DNA from: Candidatus Latescibacterota bacterium
GTDB taxonomy: Bacteria > Latescibacterota > UBA2968 > UBA8231
DNA: 64,000 nt
Direction: 5' to 3'
Assembly: GCA_965217585.1 (NCBI GenBank)
Contig: OZ244561.1
Coordinates: forward strand, 2,848,001-2,912,000
The position numbers and the translations under genes were made by a program. The notes below the pieces were generated by a model. It searched no databases, had not been told where the DNA came from, and saw nothing but the letters and a program-made list of their open reading frames with translations. Below are positions 48,148 to 58,171 of this stretch, one piece after another (position 1 is the stretch's first letter; each line of letters starts with the position of its first letter).

Positions 48148-48200
48148 TCTATAAGTTGGAGGGCCGATGGCTCCGAGTAATTGATGAAAGGAGGGCCGCA

Positions 48201-50456
48201 ATGGTACCCTCGCAGCTCCAGTCGGCCGTTGTTGCTTCGGCCCTTGCCACTTCCGCGGCGCTTGCCGAAGAAAACGTAGTTTACTGGGTCTCGGCACCGG
48301 TTCAGCCCGGAGAGACCGTGATGATGTGCGGCTTTTTCCCGCAGCCCGACGCCGTGGAAATTGCGGTGGAGCGCCTTGCAGACCGAGATCCCGACAAGCC
48401 TTCCGAGCAGCCGTGGCAGCCGTGGCAGCCCCCCGAGGGTAAGATGCCCGGAACCGTCAAACCACTCCAGACGAGTGAGACCGCCCTGATGTTCGAGCTG
48501 CCCGAGCACGGCACACCCGGCGTGTATTACTACGCTGTGCACTCGGATGCGACCGACGTGAGCTTCGGGCGTCTCAACGCGCCGGTGCCTTGGTGGACGC
48601 TCGGCGACGTCGTCGCTACCGACACCCCTTTTGGCAAATGGCGCTTGGAGGACGGTGCCGCTTATGCTGGCGGCAGGCTGCGCATCATCGGGCGCTGCCT
48701 GAAGCTGGGGGAGAAAGAGCCAACCGTGGCCCTCCGATCCGAGGACGGGCGCGTGACGCTGCTACAACCAGAAAAAGCGGAGCCTTTCTCGCTCGCAGCG
48801 ATGGTGCCGGAAGGGCTGGCCCCAGGCCGCTATGAGCTGTTTGTGCACAATGGGTACGGCGGGCAGCACGCTTGGAGCGAACCGCTCGACATTGCGGTCC
48901 TGCACCGGGAGGAAGAAAAGGACCAGTCCCTGATAGAGGCGGCTGATTTCGGGGCGGAGGGGGACGATGAGCAGGACGACACCGGTGCGATTCAGTCGGC
49001 GCTGAAGGAGGCGGGCGAGCGCGGCGGGGGCGTCGTGCTGGTACCGCGGGGACGCTTTGTCGTCAGCGAGAAGCTGGTAATTCCGCCGCATGTCACGCTT
49101 CGCGGAGCAGGGCGCGAGCTGACCGCCCTCTGCATGGCGGATACTGACGATCCGCCCGACGCCTGGATCGAAGGCTCCCACCACTTCGCCATTGAGGACC
49201 TCACCTTCTACTGCAACCACCACTACCACGTCATCTCCAACAACACCGCAGCAGCCGTCCACACTCCGGCTGCTCCCATAGAGGACCCAGAGACCGCTGG
49301 CCACGTGCGCCTTACTCGGGTGCGCGTGCGGGCCGACTCGTTCAGGGGGCACCTGTCGCCGGACAAGCAGGAGGAGCGCGCCCGCACCCCCGGGCCGCGC
49401 GACACCATCCGCCTGAGCGGCCCCGACATCCGCATAACGGACTGCGACGTGTACGGCTCCGAGCGCTCCATCTACCTCCACTACGTGGTCGGGGCTATAG
49501 TGGAGAACAACATCTTCTACAACGGGCGCTCGGGCTGGATGAACTTCAACGGCTGTGAGAACATCGTCTTCGAGGGCAACCGCATCGTCGGTGCCGACCT
49601 GATGTCCACCGGTGGGGGATACGCGTGCTTTACCCGAGGAGTCTCCCGCAATATCTACACCGCCCACAATAGCTATGAGAACATGAACGGCTGGGACCGG
49701 GAGGCGTTCACCTCCGACGCCGGCGGCGGGGCGTACTTCGGTCCCGTGGCCGCGGTCGAGGGGGGCTGGATCTTGCTGGCAGGTGACCCGAAGTGGCAGC
49801 ACCGGCATTGGACCAACACCCTCGTCGCCGTCATTGCCGGGCGGGGGCGCGGCCAGTACCGGTTCGTGAAGTCGTGGGACGGGAGGCGGGTGCAGCTAGA
49901 TCGGCCGTTCGACGTTCCGCTGGACGAGACCTCGCGGGTCACGGTCACCATGACGCACCGGCGCTACATCTTCTACAACAACGAAACCCGCGACGCCGGC
50001 ATCGCCATCCAGTTCTACGGCACGGCCACCGAACACATCGTGGCCAATAACCGCAGTTGGCGCACCGACGGGTACCGCGCGTACGGTTTCTCCTACACGG
50101 GAGGAGTCCAGCCCAACCTCTATCTGCAGTTCCTCGGCAACGAGATCCGCGAGGGCAACTGCTACCGCTTCGCCGACCCCTTGGTCTATCCGGCGCGCCT
50201 GAGCGTGGAAGGCACCCTGCCGAGCCTGCACTTTGGCTCCGTCCTGCGCAACAATCACCTCCACAACAATGCGCAGATCGAGGTGGGCGTGGGTGCGGAC
50301 AGCGATGGAGCAACGGAGAACGTGGTGGTCGAGGGCAACACGGTTGAGAACTCCGATCTCGGGATACTCGTGGACGCAGGATGCCGGAACGTGCTGCTGC
50401 GACGGAACCAGACCGAGGGCTGTCTCGTGCCGCTGCTGGACAACCGGGCGCGGTAG
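48201..50456 (+). CDS. Exported right-handed beta-helix (pectate lyase 3-like) glycoside hydrolase/lyase with N-terminal Ig-like region
   Basis: ATG 48201 after AAGGAGG; signal-like N-terminus; ADFGAEGDDEQDDTGAIQSAL...GGGVVLVPRGRF motif; Asn-ladder repeats (NNIFYN, NVVVEGNTVEN). Confidence 0.8.
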   Translation: MVPSQLQSAVVASALATSAALAEENVVYWVSAPVQPGETVMMCGFFPQPDAVEIAVERLADRDPDKPSEQPWQPWQPPEGKMPGTVKPLQTSETALMFELPEHGTPGVYYYAVHSDATDVSFGRLNAPVPWWTLGDVVATDTPFGKWRLEDGAAYAGGRLRIIGRCLKLGEKEPTVALRSEDGRVTLLQPEKAEPFSLAAMVPEGLAPGRYELFVHNGYGGQHAWSEPLDIAVLHREEEKDQSLIEAADFGAEGDDEQDDTGAIQSALKEAGERGGGVVLVPRGRFVVSEKLVIPPHVTLRGAGRELTALCMADTDDPPDAWIEGSHHFAIEDLTFYCNHHYHVISNNTAAAVHTPAAPIEDPETAGHVRLTRVRVRADSFRGHLSPDKQEERARTPGPRDTIRLSGPDIRITDCDVYGSERSIYLHYVVGAIVENNIFYNGRSGWMNFNGCENIVFEGNRIVGADLMSTGGGYACFTRGVSRNIYTAHNSYENMNGWDREAFTSDAGGGAYFGPVAAVEGGWILLAGDPKWQHRHWTNTLVAVIAGRGRGQYRFVKSWDGRRVQLDRPFDVPLDETSRVTVTMTHRRYIFYNNETRDAGIAIQFYGTATEHIVANNRSWRTDGYRAYGFSYTGGVQPNLYLQFLGNEIREGNCYRFADPLVYPARLSVEGTLPSLHFGSVLRNNHLHNNAQIEVGVGADSDGATENVVVEGNTVENSDLGILVDAGCRNVLLRRNQTEGCLVPLLDNRAR

Positions 50457-50574
50457 AAGAGAATTTCGAGGTGTGGAGACGTTATCATAATGCAGCCCTC
50501 ACCTAGGACTTTTCCCGCCGCGTCGGTTTATTTTTTGCGTTCCTTTGAAGGCCCTGTAGTCCTGCCGCCCGGAC

Positions 50575-51696
50575 TCATCCCCCTCCCAGAGCCCGCCCCA
50601 GGAAATCCACCGCGCGCGGGATGGCACCTCCCAGCGTTAAGATCTGGTGTCCGCCTCCCTCGTAGATGAACGCCTCGAATTCGGGGGGCTCACGTCCCAG
50701 CGCTTCCATGGCTCGGATCAGGGAATGGGCCTGGCTGACGGAAACGGTTCCATCAGCGTCGCCGTGGTGGAGCTGGACCGCGGGCAGGTCCTCGGCGAAC
50801 AGGACCGAGGAGCGGCGCACCAGCTCGAGGCGAACTTCTGCGAGATTGACTTCACCTCTCATGTAGGGCTGGATGAAGGTGGAATCGATGTGGGCGACCC
50901 CAGGCAGGTCGCGCGGAAAGCCCATGGCCGCGTCCCGCGCAATCTCCCGGACCCAGTCGTCGAAGAAGTCGGTGGGCCCGAAGAGGGCCACAATGTTCTC
51001 GATGCGCTCGTCGCGGATCCCGGCCAGCAGGGCGACGCCTGCTCCTCGGCTGCCGCCGACGATGCTCAGGCCTTCGATCCTCGCCTGCGGCGTCAGCTCC
51101 AATGCAACGTTGAGGAGCGCCAGGGCGTCGTCCACGTCGTAGTCCCAGTGACCGCCTGGGCCCGTCGAAACCCACTTTCGGTCCTCGTACTCGAGCGGTT
51201 CGCTGCGAAAGGACGGGATCACGTAGACGAAACTGTCGCGCAGTTCGCCGAGGGCGTAGATCACGATGTCGATGTCATCCACCTCGACGCCGCTGTCGCC
51301 CCCGTGCAGGTACATCAGGATGGGCAAGCTGCCCAAAGCCGCGGAGTCGGGGGCGAGGATCGCTCCGTAGTGGAGTACCTCCCCCATCCTGTGGGACACG
51401 ATGCGCAGGGTTGCCGGGGTTTCGTCCAGCGGATACGACTCGGTGAGTTCGATGGTCGCCTCAGCCGCGGAAATGTCGCGCCGGGCCCAGTCGGCGCGGA
51501 CGGCCTCCACCTCGGCCGCGGTCGGAGGCGCGAAGAGGTCGTCGAGTTTGGCCTCCAGGTCGATCGCGTCGGCAACGGGCTCCACCGGATCGCCGGCCTG
51601 ATCGCATCCCGCCAGCAGCCCAAGCAGCAGCACAGCCGACAATAGCCCCCGCACGCATCGACGCCAGAGGGGCACGCACGCTCCCACCCTTCGCAA
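50575..51696 (-). CDS. Lipoprotein alpha/beta hydrolase (S9 peptidase/esterase-like)
   Basis: Lipobox LLAG-C, HGG oxyanion motif, GGSRG nucleophile elbow, HGDADGTV, GGGH. Start uncertain (TTG 51696 or GTG 51675). Confidence 0.8.
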   Translation of the reverse strand: MRRVGACVPLWRRCVRGLLSAVLLLGLLAGCDQAGDPVEPVADAIDLEAKLDDLFAPPTAAEVEAVRADWARRDISAAEATIELTESYPLDETPATLRIVSHRMGEVLHYGAILAPDSAALGSLPILMYLHGGDSGVEVDDIDIVIYALGELRDSFVYVIPSFRSEPLEYEDRKWVSTGPGGHWDYDVDDALALLNVALELTPQARIEGLSIVGGSRGAGVALLAGIRDERIENIVALFGPTDFFDDWVREIARDAAMGFPRDLPGVAHIDSTFIQPYMRGEVNLAEVRLELVRRSSVLFAEDLPAVQLHHGDADGTVSVSQAHSLIRAMEALGREPPEFEAFIYEGGGHQILTLGGAIPRAVDFLGRALGGG

Positions 51697-51845
51697 TGCA
51701 CCATCCTCTGCGGAACGGGCGTTCCGATCGCCTGCCGAGCGCACCGGGTCCGGGGTGCGTCGAATGTCCAGACCACCTGTCTTCAAGAGCGACTCCTGAG
51801 TTCCCGCCCTGATATAACCTGCCCTAAGCACCCTAATATAAGCCC

Positions 51846-51929
51846 GTTGCGCCCTTCGTGTTCCGGGTTGAACCGGATACGGGCCGGAACACGAAGGGCG
51901 CAACCAGACCGTACTGGGAGTCCTGTCGA
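51846..51929. repeat. About 82-bp dispersed repeat, copy 1, containing a perfect 21-bp hairpin
   Basis: Arms 51846-51866 and 51884-51904; second copy at 56828-56910. Confidence 0.9.
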
Positions 51930-52049
51930 AGGACCCGCCAGGGACCATGAGGAGTTTGGCCTGACCCTGGTCTGGGCTGAGCGCCTTGACAGAGAATCCC
52001 CAAAAGACCTTTTATTCGGGAGTGACCTACCTCGCGCGAAGGAGGAGTG

Positions 52050-53126
52050 ATGGGAAAACTGGAACGGAACGGGCGCGTCATCGTCGCGGAAGGGGGGAGT
52101 TGCCCCTCCCTGGAGCGCCTGAGCAACGGCGACCTGCTGGTGGCCTATCGAGACGACACCCACAGCAAGATGTGCGTGAGCGTGACGCGCTCCACCGACT
52201 GCGGCCGGACGTGGCGCAAGGAGCACACCTTCGCCTACGGTGCCTCGGCGGAGCGAGCGGACGAAGAGTTCTACGGCCATCACGGCATGGCGCAACTCGC
52301 CGACGGCACCATCCTGCTGCCCTACAACGTGTACGGAACCAGCTACAGCGGCATCTACAACCGCACCGTGTGCGTGCGCAAGTCGGTGGATCAGGGGGCC
52401 ACCTGGTCGGAGCCGATCGCGGTGATTCCCGGCTCGGGCCCGGCTGCCGGCTGGGCGTCGGCGGTTTCCTACGGCAAGATCCTCACCCTCCACGACGGCA
52501 CCGTGATCCTGCCGATCATCGGCCGCCACGGGTTCCTGACCTCCAGCGATGGCGGCGAGACTTGGGAGCGCTACGTCACGGCCGCCTGTGATCGCTACTC
52601 GGGCGACGAAGCCGACTTTCTGCAGCTCCCGAGCGGCCGCATTCTGTGCGTGAACCGCGATCCCTCCAACACCCACGGGCACGGGGTCGGACCGCTGTTC
52701 TGCAACTGGAGTGACGACAACGGCACCACCTGGAGCAGCCACGAAATGGTGGGCTGGTCCGACCCGCGCTACGGCCACTCCCCGGCGCTGTTTCTCACCA
52801 AGACCGGCACTGTAGTCTGCGGCTACCGGCACGTGGCCGAGATGGACCACCTGCACATCGGCAGCGTGGCGTTCTGTTACGTCAAGGAGGAGGGGCTGGA
52901 TTGGAGCGGCGAAACCCACATTTATGGTGGCCCCATGTACCTCTCGTTCCTGATGCGGTTCGAAGCCATGGGGCAGGGCTACCCCAGCTTCGCCTACGCC
53001 GCCGACGAGCGCATCTTGGTGGTGCACCACAACCAGCCGCCGCCGGCGGTCGGGGAGCGCGACATCGAGGGCGTGTTCTACGTGGAGCGGGACGAGGAGC
53101 CCGCTTGGCGCGGCGACGTGGGCTAA
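52050..53126 (+). CDS. BNR/Asp-box repeat (sialidase-like) beta-propeller protein
   Basis: Four SxDxGxTW boxes (STDCGRTW, SVDQGATW, SSDGGETW, SDDNGTTW); RBS AAGGAGGAG. Confidence 0.85.
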   Translation: MGKLERNGRVIVAEGGSCPSLERLSNGDLLVAYRDDTHSKMCVSVTRSTDCGRTWRKEHTFAYGASAERADEEFYGHHGMAQLADGTILLPYNVYGTSYSGIYNRTVCVRKSVDQGATWSEPIAVIPGSGPAAGWASAVSYGKILTLHDGTVILPIIGRHGFLTSSDGGETWERYVTAACDRYSGDEADFLQLPSGRILCVNRDPSNTHGHGVGPLFCNWSDDNGTTWSSHEMVGWSDPRYGHSPALFLTKTGTVVCGYRHVAEMDHLHIGSVAFCYVKEEGLDWSGETHIYGGPMYLSFLMRFEAMGQGYPSFAYAADERILVVHHNQPPPAVGERDIEGVFYVERDEEPAWRGDVG

Positions 53127-53140
53127 GAAGGACTCTTACT

Positions 53141-54088
53141 ATGGCAAGTCAATTTCTCATAGATGGTGACCTGTTCGTCGAAGTGGTAGACAACAACGAC
53201 GGAGGAGGTTTTCCTCAGAAACGGGTTGATGAACTCTCCCAAGCGAACAGGAAAGGGCGTTTTGACAACATCGCCTTCCCTTTTGAACGGGCGAACGGTT
53301 ACAACGGTGTGCGCCAACTCTACAGCCGACGCGGCCCACAGGAGAACATTTTCCGGTCATCTTGGGCAAGTAGCCTCAATTTTGAGTTCATCTATGACCG
53401 GTCCGGCAGGTCAATGATTCCCCGTTGGCTTGGCGGCAAACTCGGAACTCCGCCAACGCCAAGCCAACTCACTCGGCTTGATGACAACTCGGTCCAATTG
53501 ACGACCGCTATCCCCGAACCCCATCGCATTGAGGTCAGCACGACCTTTACCCTCGTTCCACCGCATTACATTGATTTGGAAACCACATGCGTTGCCCATC
53601 CCGACGCTTTCGAGGGGGATTGGCTAGGGCTATTCTGGGCGAGTTATATCCACAACCCCGAAGACAAGACCACCTACTTCCTCGGCCGTCCAGACGAAAA
53701 TAGCCCCGAACAATGGATTGAATCGCTAATGGAACAACCACTGAACGCGCGTGTCTTTGCGAGTGAAGCCGATACGCTAGTCCAGGATGAACCCAATCCA
53801 GATGGTGGCTTGTTCCACAACATCCGCCCCATCCGATATGTCCATCCGTTCTTTTACGGATGCTGGCGCAATATGATGTTCGAACTGATGTTCAAGAGCA
53901 CCGATTCCCTTCGATTCGCGATTCAGCCAACAGGCGGCGGACTGACAAATCCAGCGTGGGACTTTGCCATCCTCATAAAGAATTGCCAACCGTTGACCCA
54001 CTATACCTTCAGTGCCCGTGTGGTCTTCAAGCCATTTGTGAGCCGTGAAGACGCATGGGAAGAGTATCAGAACTGGGTGGCCGATTAG
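53141..54088 (+). CDS. Hypothetical protein, possibly a galactose-mutarotase-like beta-sandwich
   Basis: ATG 53141 after AAGGA, 14 bp after the preceding stop; aromatic- and beta-rich sequence. The fold is a guess. Confidence 0.65.
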   Translation: MASQFLIDGDLFVEVVDNNDGGGFPQKRVDELSQANRKGRFDNIAFPFERANGYNGVRQLYSRRGPQENIFRSSWASSLNFEFIYDRSGRSMIPRWLGGKLGTPPTPSQLTRLDDNSVQLTTAIPEPHRIEVSTTFTLVPPHYIDLETTCVAHPDAFEGDWLGLFWASYIHNPEDKTTYFLGRPDENSPEQWIESLMEQPLNARVFASEADTLVQDEPNPDGGLFHNIRPIRYVHPFFYGCWRNMMFELMFKSTDSLRFAIQPTGGGLTNPAWDFAILIKNCQPLTHYTFSARVVFKPFVSREDAWEEYQNWVAD

Positions 54089-54133
54089 CCCCTTAACAAT
54101 CGGGAATTATATACAATAGTGCCCAAACACTAA

Positions 54134-54172
54134 AACGGCCTAGCTCTCACTCAGAGCTAGGCCGTTCATTTT
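54134..54172. terminator. Intrinsic terminator, probably bidirectional
   Basis: 14-bp perfect stem AACGGCCTAGCTCT / AGAGCTAGGCCGTT between convergent genes, with A and T runs flanking. Confidence 0.75.
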
Positions 54173-54397
54173 CTGAATAGTTATTTATTTAGCCCCGACC
54201 CTATCGGGTTTTGGGTATAGGTCTTCCCCACAGTATCGGCGCTTCTTGGTCCCCAGCTCTAGCGCCGCGGCACAGAATATGCCGGACCAGATAGGCCGCC
54301 GGAGTAAGGCTGAAGGCTGTTATAAGCCTCCGGCGGCAAAGTATTCCCATCGCCCTTTCTCTACAATAAGTTATACCAGAAAAGGAGGAGATTAATC

Positions 54398-54751
54398 TTA
54401 ACATGTATACAACACAGCATTTCCTATATTAACACGAAGCAATTTCCTCAACATATTTGACACATCACGGATGCCTTGGTCAATGTTGCGAGCTTGGCGA
54501 CAAAAATCCGGATCAACGGTACAAACGACAATCCCAAAGTGATTGCAGTCTTCTTTATGCAGAGCTATAAAGTCTTTGCGATTGAGGGTAAGAACGGCCC
54601 GGCCCTGCGTGCGTGCGAAACACAGAACATCTTCATCATCTAAACCTTGATTACCTACTTCTTGAGTAGTCAATACATCGTATCCAAACCCGCGAAGCCC
54701 ATTAACTACCGGTAACGGAAAATTCTCATTAGAGTACAGTCTTCTTACCAT
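54398..54751 (-). CDS. DUF5615-like PIN-domain toxin
   Basis: RLYSNENFP...GYDVLT...DDEDVL...GRAVLTLNRKDF pattern; directly downstream of a DUF433 gene. Confidence 0.82.
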   Translation of the reverse strand: MVRRLYSNENFPLPVVNGLRGFGYDVLTTQEVGNQGLDDEDVLCFARTQGRAVLTLNRKDFIALHKEDCNHFGIVVCTVDPDFCRQARNIDQGIRDVSNMLRKLLRVNIGNAVLYTC

Positions 54752-54755
54752 GTGC

Positions 54756-55064
54756 TTAAGCCGATTCGTTATCAGCAATCTGCTGGTCGATCTCTGTCTG
54801 GTTGTATCGGTAATAATTCAAAGCATTTTTTAGGTCTCTCTCCTCCAAAGTAGGAAATGCAGATAGCAGTTCCTTTTCGTCGATGCCTAGTTTATGGTAC
54901 TGCACCAAAACCCAAATCGGAATCCGGCTGCCCTCGATGCAGGCCGCTCCCCCACAGACACCAGGAGTTTTATGAATCCCGAGATACGTATAGGAGTAAA
55001 TAGAATCCGGAAAAGAAGAAAGTGAATCTAAAAAATCGCTCGAAACATGAGAAGATACCATCAC
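54756..55064 (-). CDS. DUF433 antitoxin-like protein
   Basis: TPGVCGGAACIEGSRIPIWVLV...LLSAFPTL...ALNYY signature. Confidence 0.85.
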   Translation of the reverse strand: MMVSSHVSSDFLDSLSSFPDSIYSYTYLGIHKTPGVCGGAACIEGSRIPIWVLVQYHKLGIDEKELLSAFPTLEERDLKNALNYYRYNQTEIDQQIADNESA

Positions 55065-55330
55065 GAATTCTCCCTCCTTAATTCATCAGGAGTTTTAGAG
55101 ACAAATACCGCCAGTTGGCTCCTAACGTTATACATTGGATTGCCGTCAGTATCCCAATGATCGTCAAGGCGGACCACCTGTAAGATGGACGGCTTGACTC
55201 TTAGAATTGTCCCATCCTCAAGATGAACCTCAAAAGAAGCAAAAGAATCCGACCCAACCAAGGCGGTTACATTAATCTCTGTCCCCTCTAATTTCCCAAA
55301 CGCACTCTGTATCGTTACTTTCTTGGCCAT
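55061..55330 (-). CDS. Small hypothetical protein translationally coupled to DUF433
   Basis: ATG 55330 after GAGGAG; 89 aa; GTGA stop/start overlap at 55061-55064. Confidence 0.7.
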   Translation of the reverse strand: MAKKVTIQSAFGKLEGTEINVTALVGSDSFASFEVHLEDGTILRVKPSILQVVRLDDHWDTDGNPMYNVRSQLAVFVSKTPDELRRENS

Positions 55331-55633
55331 AGTATGTCTCCTCTTACACGTCATTTGTTCCCCGACCCAGTCACGGATCATTATAGCTATTGTACCACAA
55401 AAGCATCTTGTCAACAACTGTCTAGACAGCCTACGACTATTTGAATACCTACCGTCCAACCGAATACTTACGACATAGCTAGAAGGTGCCACCTAGGCGG
55501 CACCTTCCCAATGATAGATCCTCGTAACCCTCAAGAAGATCAAAGAGTTATGAAATATTGGGCACTATTGTATATAATTCCCTAACAATACCCGCAATCG
55601 CTCCAAGGTGCCGGTTGCGCGTTGTACTCGGAC

Positions 55634-56641
55634 CTACCGCATTTCCGCCAGCGAGACCGTCCTGTGTTCCCTGGCCGAAACCGAGACGGCTGCGGCAATT
55701 TCGACATCCAGCAGGGCATCTGCTGGAGGATTGCGGGCCTCGCGGCGGCTCTCTATGGCATCGAGGAAGGCGGCTGCCTGCCGGACAAGCGGAGACGGCT
55801 CGTTCGCAAAAGCGCGAACCTCGGAACGGCCCCGATGAAAAACGGTAATGGAATCCTTGCCGGGCGGGCTGTCGGCATTGGGCAGGATTCCGCCCTCGGC
55901 GCAGACAAATCGCGGCTGTGGGTCGGGCATGCCCTCCGGGCCGATATAACTGGCCGTGGCCGCAGCGAAGGCACCGTTTTCAAATCCGATCAGGGCCCCG
56001 CATGTCTCCTCCACTACGTGACCGGGAGCCGTATTTCGCATCCGATTGGCCATCGCGGACACGGTGGTCGGCCTGCCGAGAATCCAGCGGACGGCATTGA
56101 GATAGCAGTAACTCATGTGGGTCAGCGGCATCCCCCCACTCGCCTCCTGGTCATAGTACCACCCGTCCGGGTCCGGGTTCCACAGGGCCATGGTCACGGC
56201 CATCACCGGCACCCCCAGTTCCCTTCCCGCCACCAAGCGCCGGATCTCCTCCCAGGCAGGGTCGTAACGGCGCTGGAACCCGGCCTCCACAATCCGACTG
56301 TTCCGGGCCGCCATTTCTACGATCTGGTGCCCATTTTCCATACTCGAAGCTAGACATCCGCCCACGAGGAGGTCGTAACCGGCATCCAATGCCCAAATGG
56401 AGACCTCATCCTGAACGCGATGCGGAACCTCGATTAGGATCGCGTCCGGTCCGGCCTCCCCCAATCGGCGAAAGTCATCGCAGAAAACGTCGCACCCCAA
56501 CTCAGCCGCGCAGCTTGCAGCACGCTGTGTGCGCCGGGCGGCGACGCCGCAGATTTCCGCACGGCCGGTGTCCAGCAACGCCCTGCCCCGCGCCTGGGCC
56601 ATGTTTCCGGCTCCCACAATCGCTATTCGCTGTTTCGGCAT
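55634..56641 (-). CDS. Gfo/Idh/MocA-family oxidoreductase
   Basis: Rossmann IAIVGAGNMA, PHRVQ, GFQRRYDP, SGGMPLTH; RBS GGGAG. Confidence 0.88.
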   Translation of the reverse strand: MPKQRIAIVGAGNMAQARGRALLDTGRAEICGVAARRTQRAASCAAELGCDVFCDDFRRLGEAGPDAILIEVPHRVQDEVSIWALDAGYDLLVGGCLASSMENGHQIVEMAARNSRIVEAGFQRRYDPAWEEIRRLVAGRELGVPVMAVTMALWNPDPDGWYYDQEASGGMPLTHMSYCYLNAVRWILGRPTTVSAMANRMRNTAPGHVVEETCGALIGFENGAFAAATASYIGPEGMPDPQPRFVCAEGGILPNADSPPGKDSITVFHRGRSEVRAFANEPSPLVRQAAAFLDAIESRREARNPPADALLDVEIAAAVSVSAREHRTVSLAEMR

Positions 56642-56671
56642 TGTGCTAGCGCTCCCGTTTTTGAGTTTAAT
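56553..56671. repeat. About 120-bp direct repeat, copy 1 (oxidoreductase RBS and first 30 codons)
   Basis: Matches 60314-60433 with about 9 differences by manual alignment. Confidence 0.92.
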
Positions 56672-56827
56672 TCCCGCCGCAGCGAATCCTTGCCGTCGAC
56701 GCTTATGCCCATTTCGATCCTCAATCGGTTCGTTTAAGGCGAAACCGGTACTGGGTCTCTTTCATCGGCAGCCGGAAGGGGTGCGTTGATTGCTAACGGT
56801 TTTCTTAATCTCATAAAATATGAAAAG

Positions 56828-56910
56828 TGCGCCCTTCGTGTTCCGGATTGAACCTGATACGGGCCGCAACCGTGCCCGCCGCAACCAGACCGTACTGGGA
56901 GTCCTGTCGA
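56828..56910. repeat. About 83-bp dispersed repeat, copy 2
   Basis: Matches 51848-51929 except in the right hairpin arm. Confidence 0.9.
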
Positions 56911-56995
56911 CATGATCGGTTTCATACAATATATGTAGTTGACAACTGACTGAAAATCATTTAATTAATGATGGAAGGTCGGTTGCAAACTGGTT

Positions 56996-58171
56996 ATGAT
57001 CATGTTGTTCACGTATCGTACTCTAGACAATGAAGAGAAGCGGGTAGAAGAAGCTACGGCTCGCCTACGAGCCGACCTGCGTCACTACGTCGCTACGGAG
57101 CCGCGCCGCTGGACGGGCTTGTTAGCCCGTATGACCCGGGCCCGCGCCCTTGCCGGATCCAATAGCATAGAAGGCATCAATGTGTCCGATGATGACGCCA
57201 TCGCCGCGATTGACCGTGAAGATCCCGCCAACACTGACCGTGACACATGGCAGGCTGTCGTCGGCTACCGCGAAGCAATGGACTACATCCTCCAGCGCCG
57301 CAAGAGCCCGTCCTTCATGATCACCGAGGATGTGCTCTTGGCCGTCCATTTCATGATCTGCCAGTCAGACTTGCAAGCAAATCCGGGTCAGTACCGCCCC
57401 GGGTGGGTCGGTGTACGAAACACCAGAACCGGTGAATTGGTCCACGAGGGAGTGGATCGCGACCAATTGGAGCCCCTCATCCACGAGCTTCTAGACTACG
57501 TGAACAACGAGCAAGTCGATTCGGTCTTCCCGCGCGCTGCCATGACACACCTGAACTTGGCGATGCTGCATCCATTTACGGATGGTAACGGGCGGACTGC
57601 CAGATGTATCCACACTGCGGTATTGGCCAGTGACGGGATCGTCGCGCCAACATTCTCTTCAATTGAAGAGTACATCGGCCACAATCAACAAAAATATTAC
57701 GACGTATTAGCGGAGGTCGGAGGGGGTGCATGGCAACCAGCGCGCGACGCTAAGCCGTGGATTCGCTTCTGCTTAACTGGTCACTATATGCAAGCGCAAA
57801 CACTGCTCCGTCGGATGCGAGAATTGGAAAGGCTTTATGCAGAGCTCTCGGATTTGGTAATTGCCAACGGACTACCCGACCGCACGGCTTTGGCCCTCAT
57901 TCAGGCTGCCTTTGGCGGTAGAGTGCGAAACTCGTCCTATCGGGTAAGCGCGGATGTGTCCAAGAATCTCGCTAGCCGTGATCTGAAGGTGCTCGTGGAT
58001 ACAGGACTTCTAGTTCCCGCGGGAGAACGGCGTGGACGGTTCTACATTGCGGCCCCCATTGTGGCGGAAATTCATCAGAAGTTGCGGCTTCCCAAGAAGG
58101 TTGACGATCCTTTTGCCGAGGGCGGGCTGGCTCACGCTCCGCAGCAGAGCCTATTCCCGGAGATCACCTGA
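56996..58171 (+). CDS. Fic-family protein (class II-like) with C-terminal HTH
   Basis: Canonical HPFTDGNGRTAR; N-terminal inhibitory-type SNSIEG; C-terminal wHTH-like ASRDLKVLVDTGLL. Confidence 0.92.
   Translation: MIMLFTYRTLDNEEKRVEEATARLRADLRHYVATEPRRWTGLLARMTRARALAGSNSIEGINVSDDDAIAAIDREDPANTDRDTWQAVVGYREAMDYILQRRKSPSFMITEDVLLAVHFMICQSDLQANPGQYRPGWVGVRNTRTGELVHEGVDRDQLEPLIHELLDYVNNEQVDSVFPRAAMTHLNLAMLHPFTDGNGRTARCIHTAVLASDGIVAPTFSSIEEYIGHNQQKYYDVLAEVGGGAWQPARDAKPWIRFCLTGHYMQAQTLLRRMRELERLYAELSDLVIANGLPDRTALALIQAAFGGRVRNSSYRVSADVSKNLASRDLKVLVDTGLLVPAGERRGRFYIAAPIVAEIHQKLRLPKKVDDPFAEGGLAHAPQQSLFPEIT

Noticed and set aside
51783-53030. 415-aa minus-strand ORF (and 50647-51645 on the plus strand)
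   Set aside because: Antisense to well-supported Asp-box and hydrolase genes.
56848-56900. TPP-riboswitch-like GAACCTGAT motif
   Set aside because: The upstream CTGAGA element is missing, the other repeat copy has GAACCGGAT, and no thiamine genes are adjacent.
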